Positions 54,713 through 64,000 of a DNA stretch of 64,000 nucleotides are shown here, in pieces (the first letter of the stretch is position 1; every line of letters starts with the position of its first letter). The notes below the pieces were generated by a model. That model worked only from the letters and a program-made list of their open reading frames with translations, did not search any database and was not told the DNA's origin. The position numbers and the translations under genes were made by a program. Location of the stretch: contig CAVTNB010000001.1 in NCBI GenBank assembly GCA_963736005.1, forward strand, positions 1,216,001 to 1,280,000, written 5' to 3'. This DNA is from an uncultured Pseudomonadota bacterium (GTDB lineage: Bacteria; Vulcanimicrobiota; Vulcanimicrobiia; Eremiobacterales; Eremiobacteraceae).

Positions 54713-55597
54713 CTACACCTTGAGCTCGACTTTTTCGAGCGCGAGCTTCGTGTTAACCACGTGGCGGTTGAGTCGCAACTCGTCAGGTTCGAAACCAAAT
54801 GCGAGCCCGAGGAGCTGCGGCAAGTGAAAGATGGGCGTTCCGATCTGCTCCTTGATCACTCCCTCGGCATCTGGCTGCTGACCGTCGAGATTGAGATGAC
54901 AAAGCGGGCACGGCGTCACCAGCACGTCTGCACCCTTTGACTTTGCTTCCACGAGGTGCTTGCCCCCCATCTTGAGCGATGCATCCCGATTGAATGTCAG
55001 CATCGGGAATCCGCAACATTTGCTCTTGCCGTGGTATTCAACTGGTGTTGCGCCGATGAGTTCGATGATCTGCTCGAAATACGTGGAGCGCTCGGGGCGC
55101 TCTCGTAGCCCTAGGTGCTCCTCCGGACGAAGGATGTAGCATCCGTAAAACGGCGCCACGTTCAACCCGGTCAGCTGGCGCTTGATGAGGGGACGAATCG
55201 TGTCGAGCCCAATGTCTTCGACGAGCATCCACAAGAGATGTTTTACTTGAGTCGTTGCACTATAGCGAAAGCCGCTGCCTTCGAGAGTCCCGTTGACGCG
55301 CTCGAGCAGCGCCGCATCGCGGGAAAGATGATATTGCGCGCCACTGAGTACGCCCTGGCACGTACTGCAAATCGTCATGAGGGCAGCGCCTTGCTGCTCC
55401 GCCATGGCCAGCGTTAACCCGTTGAGCGAATAGGCCAGATCAGGATTTTGCTCGGTCAGCACGCCAGCGCCGGTGCACGGCGCTTCGTTCAACTCCATAA
55501 GCTCGAGCCCAAGCGTTGGAGCGATTTTCTGCATCGAAACATACAGCTCGGGGCAGGCGCCCTTCGAAACGCAACCGGGCCAAAATGCGACTTTCAT
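54713..55597 (-). CDS. CCG-domain subunit (HdrB/SdhE-like) of an anchor-less succinate dehydrogenase
   Basis: FWPGC, CTGAG, TICSTC, FYGCY, KCCGF, TPCPLCHLNLD. Confidence 0.88.
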   Translation of the reverse strand: MKVAFWPGCVSKGACPELYVSMQKIAPTLGLELMELNEAPCTGAGVLTEQNPDLAYSLNGLTLAMAEQQGAALMTICSTCQGVLSGAQYHLSRDAALLERVNGTLEGSGFRYSATTQVKHLLWMLVEDIGLDTIRPLIKRQLTGLNVAPFYGCYILRPEEHLGLRERPERSTYFEQIIELIGATPVEYHGKSKCCGFPMLTFNRDASLKMGGKHLVEAKSKGADVLVTPCPLCHLNLDGQQPDAEGVIKEQIGTPIFHLPQLLGLAFGFEPDELRLNRHVVNTKLALEKVELKV

Positions 55598-55614
55598 TCT
55601 TCTCTCTCCGTCGA

Positions 55615-55666
55615 AGCGGACCTAAAGGTCCGCTGCTACACTCGCGAATAAATTCGCGAGACTACA
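55615..55666 (-). repeat. abutting REP hairpins, family A plus family B, inside the sdh operon
   Basis: AGCGGACCTAAAGGTCCGCTGCTACA-CTCGCGAATAAATTCGCGAGACTACA directly after the sdhB stop. Confidence 0.88.
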
Positions 55667-56666
55667 TTACTTGAAGATGCCGCCGACGCGCTTGAAGATC
55701 GCCTTGATGCGCTCGAGGTGCGGGATCTTATGGTGGATGATCGGCGGCAGCTTGCCGGCCCGTGCCATGTTGAACGCGGCCGGCAGCGACTGGAGCTGAG
55801 CGCGGATGTTGAATAGGCCAAATGATTTCGGCATGAGCGTCAACTCGTTGAGACGTCCGCTATCCCGCACCGAATCGGCGAAGGCGACTGCATGGCGGGT
55901 ACCGGCATTGTTCGTGAAGCCGGCCTCGACCGCCAATTTGCGCATCTTGAGGATCTGATCGAGCGGCGCGACGCCCTTGGGGCAGACGTGCACGCACTCG
56001 TAGCAGTGCGTGCAGTCCCAAATGCCATCGGGTTCGCTGTACTCCCCAAGGCGCTGCTTTGTCTGATCATCGCGCGGATCTGCCGTGTAGCGATAGGCCT
56101 TCGCCAACGCTGCCGGTCCGAGGAAATTCTGATTGACGGCGAACGACTCGCAATCCATCAGACATGCGCCGCACGAGATGCAGCCGACCTCTTGAATGAG
56201 ATTCTCCATCGCGGCGTTGGGAACGCGGTATTCCTCGCCTTTGGGAACCGGCTGCTTGTTCTCAAGCCACGGTTTGACTTTCCGATTCTTCTCCCAGAAC
56301 GGCGTCATGTCGCAGACCAGATCGCGGATTACCGGCATGGACGGTGGTGATTCGACCGTCACCTTCCCATCTACCGCAACGTCGCGCAGCTTGGTCATGC
56401 ACGCGAGGCGCGCGTGGCCATTGATCCACATGCCGCACGAGCCGCAGATGGCGCTGCGGCAAGCGCAGCGCACCGCGAGGCTTTCGTCTTGATATTCGCG
56501 GATGGCGATGAGCGCATCGAGCACCATCGCATGGTCGGCGAGCTCAACTTCAAAAGGCTGGTAGCGCTTCGCCGGCGCGTTGTCGTATGGCGGCGGATAT
56601 CCGCCGCGTTGTGCCGGCGCGTGCCTGTGCTCGATCGTACCGTCCGACTTCGATCGTCCATTTCAT
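55667..56666 (-). CDS. sdhB: succinate dehydrogenase/fumarate reductase Fe-S subunit (frameshift near 56600)
   Basis: MKWTIEVGRYD N-terminus; CRSAICGSC..LAC, CISCGAC...C, CTHCYEC...CP. Confidence 0.9.
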
Positions 56667-56668
56667 CG

Positions 56669-58348
56669 CTAGTACGTCCGTTCTTGAGGCGGCCACTTCG
56701 TGATCGTGACTGGCTGGAAATCAATTGTTGGCGGGCCGCCACTTGCATAATGAATCACAACGTGCTTGAGCCACTCCGCGTCGTTGCGTTTGGGGTAATC
56801 GGTGCGCGACTGCGCTCCCCGGCTTTCTTTTCTGGTCTGCGCACTGTAGATCGTGGTCTCGGCGCAGTCGAGCATGTATCCCAGCTCGAGGACAAATGTC
56901 AGCGCCTGGTTGTAGATACGGCCCTTGTCCCCAACGGCAACCGATTGGTACCGTCGTTTGAGTTCTTGCACTCCGGCCAGCGCTTCGTTGAGGCCCGTTT
57001 CGTCGCGATAGACGCCAACTTTGGCATCCATGAGCGTTCCGAGCTCCAGCCGCAGCCGGGCGTGCGTCTCGCCCGAGTACGGCCGCGTCATGAGCGCGGC
57101 GATTCGTCGCTGCTCGCTGGCCAAAAACTCATCGCCCGAACTAATTTGACCAACGCTCTTGACGTAGGCTGACGATGCCCCGCCAGATCGCCGCCCAAAG
57201 ACGAGCGTGTCGAGCAGCGAATTGGCGCCGAGCCGATTGCCTCCATGGACGCTCACGCACGCACACTCTCCCGCGGCGTACAGGCCGGGCACGCTCGTGG
57301 CACCGTTGACGTCGGTCTTTACGCCGCCCATGATATAGTGCATGCCGGGGCGTACCGGAACGGGATCCTTGACCATGTCAATGTCCAAGAAGTCCAGAGC
57401 AATCTCGTGGATCTGAGGCAGCTTGCTCATGATGAGGTCGCGGCCCAGATGCCGCAAGTCGAGAAGAACATTGCCGTCGATGCCGCGACCTTCTGCGATC
57501 TCGATCGTCTCCGCTCGCGACACGACATCGCGCGATGCCAGCTCCATCATCTTCGGCGCGTAGCGCTGCATGAAACGCTCGCCAGCTTTATTCAAGAGAT
57601 ACGCGCCCTCGCCACGTGCAGCCTCAGTCATCAAGAAGCCGGAGCCTTTGAGCGTGGTCGGATGGTACTGCACCATCTCCATGTCCATCAACGGCGCGCC
57701 GACCCGATAGGCCAACGCGATGCCATCGCCCGTACAGATCAAGGCATTCGTGCTCGGTTCGTAGACCCGCCCCATGCCGCCGCTCGCCACGATCACGGCT
57801 TTCGCGCGCAGCAGATGTAACTCACCGGTGAGCATGTCGATCGCGGAGACGCCTCGGCACACTCCATCAACAGTGTAGAGTGCGGTTGCGAACCACTCTT
57901 CATACACTTTGACGCCGGCTTTGAGGATTTGATCGTAGAGCGTGTACAGAAGCGCTTGACCCGTTATATCACCGACAAAATATGTTCGAGCTTTGGAGGC
58001 GCCGCCGAACGCGCGCGTGCCCAGTTTGCCCTCGTCGTCTCGATAAAAAATGACGCCCATGTGCTCGAGCTCAATGATGTCCTGCGGCGCTTCGCTCGTC
58101 ATGATTTCGACCGCATCTTGATCTGCGAGATAGTCGCTGCCTTTGATGGTGTCGAAAGCGTGGATTTCCCAGGAGTCCCCGGCGCCGAGGGCCGCGTTGA
58201 TGCCGCCCTGCGCGGCTCCCGAATGGCTGCGAACCGGATGGACTTTCGACACAATGGCGACGTTGACGCCATCACGCGCCGCTTCGAGCGCAGCCCGCAT
58301 GCCGGCGAGGCCCGCCCCGAGCACGACCACATCATGATCCAAAATCAT
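56669..58348 (-). CDS. sdhA: succinate dehydrogenase/fumarate reductase flavoprotein
   Basis: [59 protein letters not shown]. Confidence 0.96.
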   Translation of the reverse strand: MILDHDVVVLGAGLAGMRAALEAARDGVNVAIVSKVHPVRSHSGAAQGGINAALGAGDSWEIHAFDTIKGSDYLADQDAVEIMTSEAPQDIIELEHMGVIFYRDDEGKLGTRAFGGASKARTYFVGDITGQALLYTLYDQILKAGVKVYEEWFATALYTVDGVCRGVSAIDMLTGELHLLRAKAVIVASGGMGRVYEPSTNALICTGDGIALAYRVGAPLMDMEMVQYHPTTLKGSGFLMTEAARGEGAYLLNKAGERFMQRYAPKMMELASRDVVSRAETIEIAEGRGIDGNVLLDLRHLGRDLIMSKLPQIHEIALDFLDIDMVKDPVPVRPGMHYIMGGVKTDVNGATSVPGLYAAGECACVSVHGGNRLGANSLLDTLVFGRRSGGASSAYVKSVGQISSGDEFLASEQRRIAALMTRPYSGETHARLRLELGTLMDAKVGVYRDETGLNEALAGVQELKRRYQSVAVGDKGRIYNQALTFVLELGYMLDCAETTIYSAQTRKESRGAQSRTDYPKRNDAEWLKHVVIHYASGGPPTIDFQPVTITKWPPQERTY

Positions 58349-58461
58349 GCTTGGTATCTCTTACCTGTGGGTGACACGAGGACGGATGCCCTCGAGCGTT
58401 TCGAGCGCGTTTAGACGCCGTTTTCGCAAGCCCTGCGAACTGCTGTGCCGTTTGTCGTGCT

Positions 58462-58953
58462 CTACGGCTTCGTTGGCTCGATCACGACCTTGCGCATCAC
58501 ATCACCAACTTTGACCGCCCGCGCAACATCGAGGCCCGACGTCAGATGCCCGAAGACGGTATATTGATGATCTAAGAAGTGTGCGTCTTCGAGGCAGACA
58601 TAGAACTGCGATCCGGCCGAGTCTGGTGATTGTGATCGCGCCATCGCCACCGCGCCCGCATTGTGGAGGTTATCATTGAATTCGGCTTTGAGGCGATAGC
58701 CGGGTCCCCCGGTGCCCGTTCCTTCCGGGCAGCCCCCTTGAATGACAAATCCCGGTACGACTCGATGGAACGTCAAGCCATCATAAAACCCGTTGCGCGC
58801 GAGTTTGATGAAGGACGCTACTGTATTTGGAGCGTCATTCGGGAAAAACGTGAAGATCATCTCTCCCCGATCGGTGACGATGCGGGCCTGCGAAGTTTTC
58901 GCTTGGCTCGTCAGGTTGAGCGTTTCTTGGGTGGTGGGGGGTTCATTGGCCAT
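58462..58953 (-). CDS. cyclophilin-type peptidyl-prolyl isomerase
   Basis: FYDGLTFHRVVPGFVIQGG, AMAR, SAGSQFY, YTVFG. Confidence 0.95.
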   Translation of the reverse strand: MANEPPTTQETLNLTSQAKTSQARIVTDRGEMIFTFFPNDAPNTVASFIKLARNGFYDGLTFHRVVPGFVIQGGCPEGTGTGGPGYRLKAEFNDNLHNAGAVAMARSQSPDSAGSQFYVCLEDAHFLDHQYTVFGHLTSGLDVARAVKVGDVMRKVVIEPTKP

Positions 58954-58994
58954 GCTAAGGCTTTCTGCGAACGCTTCGTCGCACCCCCGTGGGA

Positions 58995-59024
58995 TTGACA
59001 CCTCTCATCTGGTCATGATAAGAT
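58995..59024 (+). promoter_or_regulatory. sigma70-type promoter
   Basis: TTGACA-18 nt-TAAGAT with TGn extended -10. Confidence 0.6.
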
Positions 59025-59089
59025 TGCGCTCGGTTTATTTATCATCGTTCGGCCGCGCCCGCTATGACGAAAAGAAAGGAGAGGCCACA

Positions 59090-59209
59090 ATGAACAACGC
59101 CACGTGCAAGAATGTAATGGCTTCTCCGTTCATTCTCGGGGGCACGCGAATGGATTCGCGCGGCGTCGGGGCCGGAGGTTTCGCTCTGTGGGAGCTGTGT
59201 AGGCGTTAG
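59090..59209 (+). CDS. putative 39-aa leader or small peptide
   Basis: AAAGGAGAGG RBS; MNNATCKNVMASPFILGGTRMDSRGVGAGGFALWELCRR. Confidence 0.55.
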   Translation: MNNATCKNVMASPFILGGTRMDSRGVGAGGFALWELCRR

Positions 59210-59235
59210 GTCGCCGCATAGGTTTTCAGGAAAGC

Positions 59236-59272
59236 GAGGCCTCCGCCAACGGCGGGGGCCTCAATCATTTTT
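59236..59272 (+). terminator. GC-rich terminator/attenuator hairpin
   Basis: GAGGCCTCCGCC-aac-GGCGGGGGCCTC then AATCATTTTT. Confidence 0.65.
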
Positions 59273-59381
59273 GCCCTCTCGCAAAGCGCTGTGCGATTGT
59301 ACGGCGTGAATCGGGGAGCGCCATCGATCAATTCGCGATACGATCGCGGAGTAAATATTTGACAAAAGGAGGTGAATTGCA

Positions 59382-59591
59382 ATGCAACGCTGGTCCTTGG
59401 GCGACGCCGCGTGCCAGCGACAACAAGAGTTGCTCGCTGACGCGGTTGAAGCTCGAATCGTCGCTTCGGTGCGACGCTCGCAACCGCGCGTTTCCGCTCG
59501 AATTCGAGTGGCTCGCGCACTTCGAGCAGTAGGGTACGCATTGCTCGATGTCGGGCACTCGCTCGAACCCGAGAGCTGGCGGTCGGCGTGA
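59382..59591 (+). CDS. 69-aa basic helical hypothetical protein
   Basis: Full AAGGAGGTG RBS 7 nt before the ATG. Confidence 0.7.
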   Translation: MQRWSLGDAACQRQQELLADAVEARIVASVRRSQPRVSARIRVARALRAVGYALLDVGHSLEPESWRSA

Positions 59592-59616
59592 AAATGCCGG
59601 CCGCCTCCTTTTTTGG

Positions 59617-59676
59617 GCGCGAATAAATTCGCGCGACTACATGAACCTTGGGCGCGAATAAATTCGCGCGATTACA
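59617..59676 (-). repeat. two REP-like hairpins, family B, 35-bp period
   Basis: GCGCGAATAAATTCGCGCGA(C/T)TACA twice; the second overlaps the ABC exporter stop. Confidence 0.85.
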
Positions 59677-61456
59677 CGAGTTCGGGTTGTTCCTCGGTTG
59701 TGAAGAATTGTGCTGTGTACAGCGACGCGTAGAGGCCTCCACGCGCAAGCAGCTCGCCATGTTTGCCCGACTCAACGATCCTGCCTGCCTCCACGACATT
59801 GATGACATCGGCACGAAGCACGGTTGAGAGACGATGCGCAACGACGAGGCTTGTGCGTCCGCGCATGAGCGGCACCAGCGCCTCCTTGATCAGCCGTTCC
59901 GACGTTGAGTCCAAAGAGCTCGTTGCCTCGTCGAGAATAAGAATCCGCGGATCCTTGAGCAAGACGCGCGCAAGCGCCATGCGTTGGCGCTCGCCGCCAG
60001 AGAGTTTGTGCCCCCGCTCGCCGACGATCGTCTTTAGCCCCTCCGGAAGGTTTGCGACCACGTCGTAAATGTTGGCGGCTTTACAGGCTTGGAGGAGCTG
60101 CTCGTCTGTGGCATTGGGATTGCCATACCGTAGGTTCTCCGCGATCGAAGCATGGAAGAGATACGTTTCCTGCGTCACGATGCCGATGTTGCGGCGCAAC
60201 GATTCGAGCGTCACATCGCGGATGTCGTAACCGTCGACGAGCACGCGCCCTTCTTGAGGATCGTAGAAACGGGGCAGGAGCTGCATGATGGTCGTCTTGC
60301 CGGCACCACTTGGGCCAACGAAGGCGACCAGCTCCCCTGGCCGTGCGTGAAATGTAATGCCGTTGAGGACCGGTCGATCTGCAACGTAACCAAATCGCAC
60401 GTGGTCAAAGACGATATCGCCCCGGGCCGAGGTGAGCTCGATGGCATCCGGGCGCTGCGGCGCCTCCGGTTGCATGTCGAGATAGTCGAAAATGCGCTCA
60501 AAAACGGCAAACGCGCTGACCAATTGGATCTGTACCCCGACCAGGGCAGAGGCAGGTCCATACAGGCGCGCCAGATACGCCACAAACGCGACGATCGTCC
60601 CCACGCCAAGGCCTTGAGTGATCGCAAGCCAGCCGCCAAACAACCAGACGATAGCGGGCCCGACCACCACCAGGGCTCCGATGAGTGCGATGAACCAGCG
60701 TCCAACGAGCGCCAACCGAATTTCCAAATGCATGAGGTCCGTGCCAGCCTCGTGGAAGCGCGCCGCTTCCTGGCGCTCGCGCACGAACGACTTCATGAGC
60801 GTCACGCCCGACAACGACAGCGTCTCCTGAAGCAGGCTCTCGATGCGGTCCCGCTGCTCCCGCGTCCGCTTGCGCACGTTGTACATCGCTTTACCCACCG
60901 GCCCAAGTGGGATGACCATGAGCGGCACGACGACTAAGGAGAGCAGCGCGAGTCGCCAGTCCAGCAAGAAGATTGCGATGAGGGTTGTGACAATGATGGC
61001 GATGTTGGTGACGATCGTGACGAACGTGCCGGTGACGACGTTGTCGATGGCGTCAACGTCACTCGACACGCGATTCATGATTTCGCCCGTCTTTGTCGAC
61101 GTAAAGAACGACAGCGACATGCCGTGGAGATGTTGCACCAATGCATCGCGCATGTCGCGCATGATGCCCTCGCCCACAAAAGAATTCAGGTAGCCTTGCC
61201 ATGCACCGATCGCGCTTGCCACAAGCGCCGACGCCACCATGCCACCCGCCAGCAGAGCGAGGAGATGGACGTTCTTCCCGGCGATCGCGCCGTCAATAAT
61301 CCATTTAGTAAAGAGGGGCGGTAACTGCCCGAGCGAGCTGGTCACCAAGATGGCCACAATGATGAGGGCCTCTTGGCGCCAGTACGGTAAGAAGTAGACT
61401 GCAATGCGGCGCCAGTCGATGCGCTTGGGCGGCTTCTGTTCGCCGCTCAAGTTCAT
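59672..61456 (-). CDS. ABC exporter, fused permease/ATPase (MsbA/MdlB-like)
   Basis: 6-TM domain, GPSGAGKTT, LSGGERQR, ILILDEATSSLD, AHRLST. Confidence 0.95.
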   Translation of the reverse strand: MNLSGEQKPPKRIDWRRIAVYFLPYWRQEALIIVAILVTSSLGQLPPLFTKWIIDGAIAGKNVHLLALLAGGMVASALVASAIGAWQGYLNSFVGEGIMRDMRDALVQHLHGMSLSFFTSTKTGEIMNRVSSDVDAIDNVVTGTFVTIVTNIAIIVTTLIAIFLLDWRLALLSLVVVPLMVIPLGPVGKAMYNVRKRTREQRDRIESLLQETLSLSGVTLMKSFVRERQEAARFHEAGTDLMHLEIRLALVGRWFIALIGALVVVGPAIVWLFGGWLAITQGLGVGTIVAFVAYLARLYGPASALVGVQIQLVSAFAVFERIFDYLDMQPEAPQRPDAIELTSARGDIVFDHVRFGYVADRPVLNGITFHARPGELVAFVGPSGAGKTTIMQLLPRFYDPQEGRVLVDGYDIRDVTLESLRRNIGIVTQETYLFHASIAENLRYGNPNATDEQLLQACKAANIYDVVANLPEGLKTIVGERGHKLSGGERQRMALARVLLKDPRILILDEATSSLDSTSERLIKEALVPLMRGRTSLVVAHRLSTVLRADVINVVEAGRIVESGKHGELLARGGLYASLYTAQFFTTEEQPELV

Positions 61457-61543
61457 CGAATGAAGAATATACCACGGGGAGCCGGCCATCATTGTCAGGG
61501 CTATTTAGCGCGTCGCGAGGTTGGATTCCCGCTTTCGAATTTT

Positions 61544-61570
61544 GGAGTGATTTTCCAATCGCCCCCTACA
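61544..61570 (-). repeat. REP-like hairpin, family C
   Basis: GGAGTGATTTTCCAATCGCCCCCTACA; its GTAG contains the permease stop codon. Confidence 0.72.
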
Positions 61571-63182
61571 CCTCGAGAGCGGCGATCTTGCGCAACGAGG
61601 TTTGCAGCGTGCTCGCGGCCATCCAGCAGACGATGAGTGCGCAACACCCCAAGCCCACGACGACTGCCGCAGTGCCGTGCAACAGGACTCTGGTTGCTCC
61701 GAGGATCCCACCGCACAGCAACAGGATCGCAACACCGGAGACAAATGGCATAACCATGCGAACGCCGCGATTGATGGAATTTGGATTATCCCAGGAAAAT
61801 GAAGGGAAGCTTGCGTCGAACGCAAGCCCGCAACAAACGGACACGACTGACATCAGGATCGCAAACAGCACCAGCGCCAAGGTCCTTCCAATGCCGAATC
61901 CATAGCCGTATGCCAGCCCAGCCGAGCCGAAGGAAATAACGATAGCCGTCTGGCCCCACGCAATCGCGAACTTGTCGCGCAGAATGTCGCGCGGCTCGAA
62001 CGGCATGGCGCGCAAAATCCAAACCGATGCGTGCTCGAGCGACAGGGCGGTCATTCCCGGGTTCAAACCAGCAAGGATGGCCACAAATCCAATTTGCACC
62101 ATCGCAAGCTGGATCGTCAACGGCAACAGCGGGCTCTGCACCCGATGGCCGACGAGCAAGTAGGCAACAAAACCCAGCGAGGTGATATGACTGAACCATA
62201 ATTGCGGCGTTCGAACGAGGGTCCACGCGTCTTTGCGGAAGAGCGCTACCCAGGCGGCGGCACGCTCGACGTACCTGCGCCGCCGTGCGCGCAAGCGCTG
62301 CGCGACAATGATAGATTGGCTCCATCCTTGGGCGAAATTCCCCGAAATGAAGGCCAGCGCCGCGGGGCAGAGCACGAGCGTTGCAAAGAGCAAGAAGGCA
62401 AACCAAGCCAGGGCCCCGACCGGCTGTCGCATGGCGAGCAGCGAGATCAGATTCCCCGCCCACGTGCTCGGGAGCCACGACGGCGGCGTGGGCAGACGCA
62501 GCGTGGAGAGGTCGCCGCTCGCGCGTGCGATCCCTGAGAAACTCGCTACCCAAAACGCGGTCGGTACGATCGCACCGAAGAGCCACAACGATTCTTTTGC
62601 CTGGTTGGCCGGAATGTAGCGCAGCGCCAAGATCGTGATCGCGGCGAGGATCGCGTAGAGAATCGCGGGGAACACCGCAATGCCGATGAGCGCTACCGGA
62701 TACGCCCACAGCGGCGCGCCGGTGCCAAGAAAGAATCCCAAGACAAACGGAACTAGAAAAGTGGCAACGTAGATTTCATTTTGCACCACACCGCCAACAA
62801 ACTTCGCAACCACGATGCTTGACATGCGTAGCGGCATGGTAATGAGCATAGGCATGTCGGCCGCCAAATAGAGATCACCGAGCGCTTGGCCGAAGGCGAT
62901 AAAAACGTCGGTGAACAGATAAATGAGAAACGCCCACGCCGGAATGCTCCAGAGCAATGCGAAAGCGCGTGCATCCAAGAGCGTGCGCGCCCCGACGTAC
63001 GAACCACCGAAGATCATGACAAAAAGCAACAGGCCCGCGGCACTCGCGACCACGTACACGGTGCGCCCCGACCAGTCGCGCCGCGCCGAAAGCGCTCTCT
63101 GTCCAATGATGCGACCGGCCAAGAACAGCATCTCGGCGACCAGCGTCCGCCCACGCGGATAGATACCGGGTCGGCCGATCAC
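61566..63182 (-). CDS. putative ABC-2-type exporter permease (about 12 TM)
   Basis: LY...D...L.TMPL, PSWLPSTW, KD...L.R, SLE...WIL, FPSFSWDNP; ATGA overlap with the ATPase. Confidence 0.82.
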   Translation of the reverse strand: MIGRPGIYPRGRTLVAEMLFLAGRIIGQRALSARRDWSGRTVYVVASAAGLLLFVMIFGGSYVGARTLLDARAFALLWSIPAWAFLIYLFTDVFIAFGQALGDLYLAADMPMLITMPLRMSSIVVAKFVGGVVQNEIYVATFLVPFVLGFFLGTGAPLWAYPVALIGIAVFPAILYAILAAITILALRYIPANQAKESLWLFGAIVPTAFWVASFSGIARASGDLSTLRLPTPPSWLPSTWAGNLISLLAMRQPVGALAWFAFLLFATLVLCPAALAFISGNFAQGWSQSIIVAQRLRARRRRYVERAAAWVALFRKDAWTLVRTPQLWFSHITSLGFVAYLLVGHRVQSPLLPLTIQLAMVQIGFVAILAGLNPGMTALSLEHASVWILRAMPFEPRDILRDKFAIAWGQTAIVISFGSAGLAYGYGFGIGRTLALVLFAILMSVVSVCCGLAFDASFPSFSWDNPNSINRGVRMVMPFVSGVAILLLCGGILGATRVLLHGTAAVVVGLGCCALIVCWMAASTLQTSLRKIAALEV

Positions 63183-63937
63183 ATGATCTCCGCCAGCGAG
63201 CGCTCTTGCGGTGTTCCAGTCAAACCTAAGAAAATTTCCTCGAGCGTTTGATGTCCGCGCAGGCGACGCAATTCCTCGAACGTCCCCATTGCGATGATGC
63301 GGCCATGATCGATGATTGCAATGCGGTCACACAAGGCCTGCGCAATCTCCATGATGTGCGTGGACATGAAGATCGCACCATCCGCCGCTGCAATGTCGCG
63401 GAGAATGTTTTTCAGCATTTTGGCGCTGCGCGGATCGAGGCCAACCGTCGGCTCGTCGAGGAAGTAAATCTTTGGCTCGTGCAGCAGCGCCGAACAGAGC
63501 AAGATCTTCTGCTTCATGCCGTGGGAGAAGCCGCCGAGCAGGCCATCAGCATCGTCGCTCAAGTCGAAGAGATCGAGCAATCGCTCGATACGCTGAGTTT
63601 TTTGCTGGGCGCTCATGCCATACACGTCACCGACAAAGTTGAGAAACTCAAACGCCGTGAGTTTTGGATATACGTTTGGCTCGTCGGGCACGTAGCCACT
63701 GATGCGCTTTGCCTGCATCGCTTGACGCACGACGTCAAAGCCGCCAAGCCGCGCTCGCCCCGAGGTTGGTCGAACCAGGCCGGTGAGCATCTTGATGGTC
63801 GTTGTCTTGCCTGCACCATTGGGACCGAGAAAGCCAAAAATCTCTCCTGCGTTGATGGTGAACGACACATTGTTCACCGCAACGGTTGAACCGAAGCGTT
63901 TGGTTAACTTTTCAGTTTCGATGAGAACGGTGGCCAT
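63179..63937 (-). CDS. ABC transporter ATP-binding protein
   Basis: GPNGAGKTT, FSHGMKQK, FLDEPTVGLDP, STH. Confidence 0.95.
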   Translation of the reverse strand: MATVLIETEKLTKRFGSTVAVNNVSFTINAGEIFGFLGPNGAGKTTTIKMLTGLVRPTSGRARLGGFDVVRQAMQAKRISGYVPDEPNVYPKLTAFEFLNFVGDVYGMSAQQKTQRIERLLDLFDLSDDADGLLGGFSHGMKQKILLCSALLHEPKIYFLDEPTVGLDPRSAKMLKNILRDIAAADGAIFMSTHIMEIAQALCDRIAIIDHGRIIAMGTFEELRRLRGHQTLEEIFLGLTGTPQERSLAEIM

Positions 63938-64000
63938 GGTTCTTCTTTACAGTATCGGCGCAAAAACGAGCGGCACCGCAGGGCGAACGGCACCGCTCAA

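Noticed and set aside
54713..55597. Methanogen-type heterodisulfide reductase
   Set aside because: No hdrA/hdrC or mvh genes; the CCG protein is the third gene of the sdh operon
59138..59610. tmRNA (GGGGGC...GGATTCG start and VAA-stop tag-like end)
   Set aside because: The VAA stop is too close to the putative 5' end, and there is no T-arm or CCA-type 3' end at the expected distance

Overview
GC-rich bacterial chromosomal window of about 60 genes. It has no rRNA, CRISPR array, integrase or transposase. Gene content (orphan GF-pilin, CBM9/beta-barrel protein, NAWTIP-type lipoprotein SBP, fused Rieske/cyt b-c complex) tentatively suggests a diderm soil lineage such as Eremiobacterota/Vulcanimicrobiota; this is an unverified inference. 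Core content: glgB-glgA, TPP riboswitch-thiC, Rieske plus cytochrome b/c fusion, tRNA-Ser(TGA), M-box riboswitch-Nramp, two glutamine-synthetase-family genes, pgm-nagA, a MoxR/DUF58/DUF4350/DUF4129/SpoIIM/RDD cluster, a 4-hydroxybenzoyl-CoA-reductase-like molybdoenzyme operon, an anchor-less sdhAB-CCG succinate dehydrogenase and ABC exporters. Three GTAG-type REP hairpin families fill many intergenic gaps. Many genes, including glnA and sdhB, carry single-base frameshifts that look like assembly errors. Best leads: (1) a four-gene BlaI/BlaR1 operon whose sensor and secreted partner share a 28-29 aa helical repeat and which ends in an outer-membrane protein; (2) a glutaredoxin that probably reads its UGA as selenocysteine, upstream of an output-less membrane GAF-GAF protein; (3) an unannotated promoter-leader peptide (CRR*VAA*)-terminator-small protein cassette; (4) an HCR-like molybdoenzyme with Gln at the catalytic Glu position and an embedded VOC gene.
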